From the IMG/VR virus record IMGVR_UViG_3300000439_000022: 20,000 nt of DNA; one strand, 5' to 3'. Positions 16,165 through 20,000 of the stretch are shown piece by piece (the first letter of the stretch is position 1; the number at the start of each line of letters is the position of its first letter). The stretch is from an uncultured virus (IMG/VR IMGVR_UViG_3300000439_000022). Its lineage: Duplodnaviria; Heunggongvirae; Uroviricota; Caudoviricetes. Position numbers and translations under genes: made by a program. The notes under the pieces were generated by a model. That model had not been told where the DNA came from and did no database searches. It was given only the letters and a program-made list of their open reading frames with translations.

Positions 16165-16359
16165 ACATTTCCAAAACGTTTTACCAAAACAATGGTGTAA
16201 AAGACCACAATTTGAAAGGTATATACAACATAGAACAGATCAACCATAACGCAGAAGTGGTGTAAAAGACCACAATTTGAAAGGTATATACAACCCTGAA
16301 CAAAACCCATTAATTCATCCACTGGTGTAAAAGAACACAATTAAAAAGGTATATACAAC
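16150..16359 (+). CRISPR. mini CRISPR array: half-repeat plus 3 repeats, 3 spacers
   Basis: Repeat GGTGTAAAAGACCACAATTTGAAAGGTATATACAAC (36 bp; 37 if the shared preceding T is counted) at 16194-16229, 16259-16294 and 16324-16359 (last has 3 mismatches); 15-bp 3' half at 16150-16164; unique 29-nt spacers at 16165-16193, 16230-16258 and 16295-16323; 65-bp period. Confidence 0.95.
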
Positions 16360-16378
16360 AAATACCAGCCTTTTTTTT
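16343..16378 (+). terminator. possible intrinsic terminator at the array end
   Basis: GGTAT/ATACC stem (16348-16366) using the last repeat, followed by T8 at 16371-16378. Confidence 0.45.
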
Positions 16379-16528
16379 ATATCTATCTGTATTCAGATCA
16401 ATAAAATTAATACTAAATTAATGCCTTTTAATACCGAGAATATATTATAGATAAAAACATATGAATTCTATAGAAATATACTCATCTGTATTCATTATGT
16501 AAACCCTTGCTAATCAAGCATTTATGAG

Positions 16529-16564
16529 GTGTGGAAAAGTGGTAAATTGTGGTAGAAAATGGTA
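16529..16564. repeat. 10-bp-phased (G)TGGTA direct repeats, MraZ-box/iteron-like
   Basis: GTGT 16529, GTGG 16539, GTGG 16549, ATGG 16559 in non-coding AT-rich DNA. Confidence 0.55.
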
Positions 16565-16710
16565 AAAAAAAATAGTGAATACAATACAAAGAATTTGACA
16601 CCCTCTCCTATTTAACAAATATTTTTTTTAATTATATGTAATTCTTTGAATTCTGCGCCCCATTCCTACCCCTTACATGAATACATATAATTTTTTGTTA
16701 TATGAATTCT

Positions 16711-17223
16711 TTACTTTAGTTGAATGCTTCTAAGTTTCATTATTTTGTCTGTGAATTCTCTGGCCAGGTCTACTTTGAATACATCGAGTTTGTCTTGAGC
16801 TTTTTGTTTATCTGATGTAATGATTCTGGTTCTATCTTCGTATGAGTAGCTTACAGGTTCCCAGGATATAGCGATATTAATGGGATCATATATATTATTT
16901 TTTTCATTTAGGAATACTGTATAGTGTTTGGAGTATATCTCACCGAATTTATATATTTTGTGTGGTACATATAATAATTCATTAATCTTTGCGATATCGT
17001 CTTTGGATTCGAATGTGCATGAATCCACTATATTGTCTGAGTACATGTAGAACTCATTTGTGGGTGGTGTGATTAATCTTTTTTTATTGAGATATTGGGT
17101 TGTGCTTATATAGGCCAGATCACCGTCATTATTTATAATGGGTACATATAGTTCAAGTACCTGGCTATATATGGGTTCATCGAATGTTCTCTTTGATTTC
17201 AATATTTCATTAATATGTAGCAT
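16711..17223 (-). CDS. hypothetical protein
   Basis: 170-aa ORF with its own upstream promoter. Confidence 0.7.
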   Translation of the reverse strand: MLHINEILKSKRTFDEPIYSQVLELYVPIINNDGDLAYISTTQYLNKKRLITPPTNEFYMYSDNIVDSCTFESKDDIAKINELLYVPHKIYKFGEIYSKHYTVFLNEKNNIYDPINIAISWEPVSYSYEDRTRIITSDKQKAQDKLDVFKVDLAREFTDKIMKLRSIQLK

Positions 17224-17239
17224 TCAGTTTTATTTTGCA

Positions 17240-17271
17240 CAAAATTAATGAATTTACTATTATTATACAAA
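17240..17271 (-). promoter_or_regulatory. Bacteroidota promoter
   Basis: On -: TTTG (17271-17268), 20 nt, TAATTTTG (17247-17240). Confidence 0.7.
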
Positions 17272-17298
17272 TATGAATTATTGTAATATGAATAGATT

Positions 17299-17338
17299 AA
17301 AAAATATATCCCAGCATTCAATTATACTGGGATATATT
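17299..17338 (-). terminator. intrinsic terminator
   Basis: 12-bp perfect stem AATATATCCCAG/CTGGGATATATT (17303-17338) followed by a T-run on -; lies downstream of 17356..17895. Confidence 0.75.
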
Positions 17339-17355
17339 GTTATTGAGGGGTTATA

Positions 17356-17895
17356 TTACCAGGAAGATGAGTAGTAGAAGCTACCGCCTTCTTCAGTTAG
17401 TAGTGGTTCTAATTGTTGTATAGTATCTTTTAGGTCATTGATATAGTATTCATCGTATTGGGTTGAGCCGAAGAAGAAGCCAGATTGTGTTGGTAATAGT
17501 TCTTCAGCCAGTTCTGTGTTTTCTGCCACTTCAACATCTGTTTGTTCATCTGAATGCCATCCAGTTTCAACTTGGATAGTTTTTTTGGGAGAGTTTTCCA
17601 AACTGGCTAATACTTTTTTGCAGGTTTCTACCAGTTCTTTAAGTTGGTCTAAACCGACATAGTGTTCTCCACAATCATCTTCACCGTCTTGTACATTTTG
17701 GACAAACCAATTGTGAATTTGATTTGCTTTTCGCCAGTAAGCAACTTCTTCAATAATTGTGCTTATGCGATTGGTTTTAATGGTTGGATGTTCTTTACCG
17801 TTTTGCATTACGGTAATATTAACCCTTTGTTCATCTGAATGATGTTCCCAATTTTTTACATAAGTGTGCTTATGCAAATACATGTCTAAACCCAT
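17356..17895 (-). CDS. conserved phage hypothetical protein (MGLDMYL/YWRKANQIH family)
   Basis: MGLDMYL, EVAYWRKANQIHNWF, GFFFGSTQYDEYY and terminal YYSSSW motifs, widespread in phages. Confidence 0.85.
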   Translation of the reverse strand: MGLDMYLHKHTYVKNWEHHSDEQRVNITVMQNGKEHPTIKTNRISTIIEEVAYWRKANQIHNWFVQNVQDGEDDCGEHYVGLDQLKELVETCKKVLASLENSPKKTIQVETGWHSDEQTDVEVAENTELAEELLPTQSGFFFGSTQYDEYYINDLKDTIQQLEPLLTEEGGSFYYSSSW

Positions 17896-17926
17896 AGTAT
17901 ATTATTTTGTTTTTGAAATTTGACTA

Positions 17927-17958
17927 CAAAGATATTCTTTATAATTGAAATCATCAAA
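17927..17958 (-). promoter_or_regulatory. Bacteroidota promoter
   Basis: On -: TTTG (17958-17955), 20 nt, TATCTTTG (17934-17927). Confidence 0.75.
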
Positions 17959-17999
17959 TTATTATACAGATATATTTTAATGTAATATGTTTATAATAA

Positions 18000-18033
18000 T
18001 AAAAGAAAAGAGCCACCGTAGACACGGCAGCTC
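18000..18033 (-). terminator. intrinsic terminator
   Basis: On -: GAGCTGCCGT-GTCT-ACGGTGGCTC then TTTTCTTTT. Confidence 0.85.
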
Positions 18034-18059
18034 CATATTTAAAACAAAACAAACAGATA

Positions 18060-18665
18060 TTAAATATTGTCATTATCTTCTTCTTCTTCGGATGAATCGT
18101 CATCCCAATTGTCATCATCGAAATCCCCATCGTATTCAATGAATATAATAACGAGAGCAATATATTCTTGTTCAGCTGAATCCTTTTCACCTGTGCAGAT
18201 ATATGATCCGTCACCCCAGCCAGATGAGCTAACAACGCCGTAAGGTACTGTACCCCATCCATCTTCGCCTAAGGTTTGTGCTGCGCAAGCTCTATACCAT
18301 TCATCACCAGGTTTTTCAGCATAATTATCTTCAAATTCTTTGGGTAAATCTTTTGCAATCTCATCATCACGGTAATATTTTTGGTCAAAGAAACCAGCTT
18401 GTCCAGAGTCAACTCCGACAACGAAGGGAAGTTCCCCACCTTTGTAAGCCAGATCAATGATATTGGAATTCTTGAGGTAGGCTTCATTGTTATAGGCGTA
18501 TATGGATTTTATACGTCCATTATCATTCATGTCCACCCCTGCTGTCCAAAGACCAGGTTTTACATTTGGGATTATCCCTTGGCACCAGGTTGGTGGATCT
18601 ATTGTATAACATGGGTCACTTACCACCATGGCACCTGAATCGATTTTAAAGGTTTTTTGCATCAT
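18060..18665 (-). CDS. DUF4241-like protein with an acidic tail
   Basis: SG...VSDPCY, GVDSGQAGFFD and SSGWGDGSY motifs. Confidence 0.75.
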   Translation of the reverse strand: MMQKTFKIDSGAMVVSDPCYTIDPPTWCQGIIPNVKPGLWTAGVDMNDNGRIKSIYAYNNEAYLKNSNIIDLAYKGGELPFVVGVDSGQAGFFDQKYYRDDEIAKDLPKEFEDNYAEKPGDEWYRACAAQTLGEDGWGTVPYGVVSSSGWGDGSYICTGEKDSAEQEYIALVIIFIEYDGDFDDDNWDDDSSEEEEDNDNI

Positions 18666-18671
18666 ATGAAT

Positions 18672-18779
18672 TTATCTCCTTTTTTTGGGGGATTTTATTT
18701 TTGGTTGCGCTTTTTGTTTGCTACCTGTCTTAACTACCTTATAGGAATTTTTACTAATTTTAACTACTCTTTTTGCCAT
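18672..18779 (-). CDS. highly basic microprotein (35 aa, MAKRVVKISKNSYKVVKTGSKQKAQPKIKSPKKRR)
   Basis: Hand-translated; sits between a consensus promoter and the DUF4241-like gene. Confidence 0.6.
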   Translation of the reverse strand: MAKRVVKISKNSYKVVKTGSKQKAQPKIKSPKKRR

Positions 18780-18789
18780 TCTAATTTTA

Positions 18790-18821
18790 CAAATTTAAAG
18801 GTTAATAAATTATGATACAAA
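18790..18821 (-). promoter_or_regulatory. Bacteroidota promoter
   Basis: On -: TTTG (18821-18818), 20 nt, TAAATTTG (18797-18790). Confidence 0.7.
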
Positions 18822-18860
18822 TATGTTTTATAGTAATATGTTTATAGGGGCTGGGTAATG

Positions 18861-19334
18861 TTAGTGGGATTCTACTATTTCAGGTTTTTTAACCCATTCA
18901 AGGAATTCTTTTGGGGTACCTTCGAATAGTACTTTATTTCGTTTAGACCCAATACTTTTACATTTGAGGATTAATGATCGCTCGTTATAGTTGAAGTTTG
19001 TACCTTCATCGACAATAACATCGTAGGCGTAATCCTCCCACACATTTGTGGTACCAGGTTTGTAGAGGTAAATATCACCAGGGGTGTCACCTTTGAAGTG
19101 TGAGACAATTTGTGCGGCGAGGCATCCAATGCCGTTAAATAATTGTAGGTTATCTTTGGATAAACCGATTCCGTTAACAAGTTTGCCAGAGGCAAGGAAC
19201 CGAGCAAGCTCAGTTCCGTGGCCTTTAGGGTACCCATCGAATTGACGGTACATTGTTGCAATTTTGTTTGTACGTACTTTGGAATCTTTATCCGTATACT
19301 TTCGGATAATGTTAGTTAGAGATCTTGTTCCCAT
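18861..19334 (-). CDS. conserved phage hypothetical protein (MGTRS/YRQFDGYP family)
   Basis: MGTRSLT, MYRQFDGYP.GHG.ELA.FL and NG.GCLAAQ...HFK motifs. Confidence 0.85.
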   Translation of the reverse strand: MGTRSLTNIIRKYTDKDSKVRTNKIATMYRQFDGYPKGHGTELARFLASGKLVNGIGLSKDNLQLFNGIGCLAAQIVSHFKGDTPGDIYLYKPGTTNVWEDYAYDVIVDEGTNFNYNERSLILKCKSIGSKRNKVLFEGTPKEFLEWVKKPEIVESH

Positions 19335-19363
19335 TTTTGTTTTGATTTTAAATGTTAAATATA

Positions 19364-19708
19364 CTATTTTGATTTGGATTCGAATAATTTCCTTAGGGAT
19401 TGTTCTTGGGCAATTTTTTCTTTTACATCTTTTGCCGTTAGTCTATTAGCATAATCGAAATGCCATGCGTCCCATAATTGTATATGAACCAGTTCCAGTG
19501 GTTTGATTGAAGCAACCATATACATTGCGTAGCCATCTGCCACTGGGAATTTAATTGTCTCACCAACATGTTCGGTGGGATTCCTATTGCGTAAAAGATC
19601 TTTGAGGTCTGACAGGTATTTGTCGCAGGCCACATGATAACCTTTAATATTACCAAAATTTAAATCAGGAAGCTTTGGATCCTTGGGAGCAGAATAGATT
19701 TTTGCCAT
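19364..19708 (-). CDS. conserved phage hypothetical protein
   Basis: 114 aa; GE.I.FPVADGYA.YMV motif. Confidence 0.75.
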   Translation of the reverse strand: MAKIYSAPKDPKLPDLNFGNIKGYHVACDKYLSDLKDLLRNRNPTEHVGETIKFPVADGYAMYMVASIKPLELVHIQLWDAWHFDYANRLTAKDVKEKIAQEQSLRKLFESKSK

Positions 19709-19727
19709 TTCGTTTTGTTTTAGGATA

Positions 19728-19758
19728 CAAAGATAATCACAATATTGATACCTCCAAA
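19728..19758 (-). promoter_or_regulatory. Bacteroidota promoter
   Basis: On -: TTTG (19758-19755), 19 nt, TATCTTTG (19735-19728). Confidence 0.75.
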
Positions 19759-19798
19759 TTTATTTAATACATATTTTTAAAAATATATGTTGATATAA

Positions 19799-19830
19799 CT
19801 TGTTTTAGTTAAAAATTGTTAGTACTTTTG
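19799..19830 (+). promoter_or_regulatory. divergent Bacteroidota promoter
   Basis: CTTG 19799-19802, 20 nt, TACTTTTG 19823-19830; ATG at 19836. Confidence 0.6.
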
Positions 19831-19835
19831 TATGT

Positions 19836-20000
19836 ATGAAAAAAATGATTGTATTTGTTATGTTAGCAGGGATGCTAAGCGTAACCGCTACAGCTCAGTC
19901 AGCTCACAAAGTTGATTCAGCTAAAGTAAAGACTGATAAGACAGTTAAGCCAGTTGTTAAGCCAGCTGTAAAACCAACAACACCAGTGAAGCATGAAGCT
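19836..20000 (+). CDS. secreted low-complexity protein, 3'-truncated by the window edge
   Basis: MKKMIVFVMLAGMLSVTATA|QSAHK: Sec signal with Gln at +1 (Bacteroidota Q-rule), then VKP repeats. Confidence 0.7.
   Translation, partial: MKKMIVFVMLAGMLSVTATAQSAHKVDSAKVKTDKTVKPVVKPAVKPTTPVKHEA

Noticed and set aside
16119..16340. 73-aa minus-strand ORF
   Set aside because: It lies across the CRISPR repeats and spacers; a chance open frame
24..19656. Shadow ORFs in the track (e.g. 24..227, 446..715, 7455..7724, 7484..7696, 8331..8690, 8647..8946, 12775..13056, 14632..15419 minus, 17954..18262, 18269..18638, 18971..19261, 19438..19656)
   Set aside because: They overlap better-supported genes, promoters or terminators in other frames or strands and show no recognisable motifs
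1..20000. Alternative genetic code (TAG or TGA recoding)
   Set aside because: Standard-code ORFs tile the window densely, and both TAG and TGA act as stops at tight gene junctions; only one isolated in-frame TGA was seen
1..20000. tRNA or rRNA genes
   Set aside because: No cloverleaf with T-loop/D-loop consensus or rRNA-like segment recognised by eye; a tRNAscan-SE/Infernal run would settle it

Overview
AT-rich, gene-dense segment that looks like the early/accessory region of a large (jumbo/huge) phage of Bacteroidota. Support: about 14 TTTG-N19/20-TAnnTTTG-type promoters, no Shine-Dalgarno motifs, lipoprotein and A|Q signal peptides, and many small phage-type ORFs. Genes run mostly on + up to about 16 kb and on - from 16.7 to 19.7 kb. 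The main feature is a compact type V CRISPR module without cas1/cas2 in the window. It consists of a 453-aa Cas12f/TnpB-like nuclease with an intact RuvC D-E-D triad and zinc finger (14605-15966), a promoter at the gene end, a ~180-nt structured RNA with an anti-repeat, and a mini-array. The RNA runs directly into a half-repeat plus spacer (natural sgRNA/omegaRNA-like), followed by three 36-bp repeats with 29-nt spacers. Other recognisable products: a putative amidoligase, a PQ-loop/SemiSWEET-like membrane protein, an inverted modular protein with an ADP-ribosyltransferase-like domain, a hexapeptide beta-helix protein, a UVR-motif protein next to an AAA+ ATPase, and a DUF4241-like protein. All family calls come from motif recognition by eye, not from database searches.
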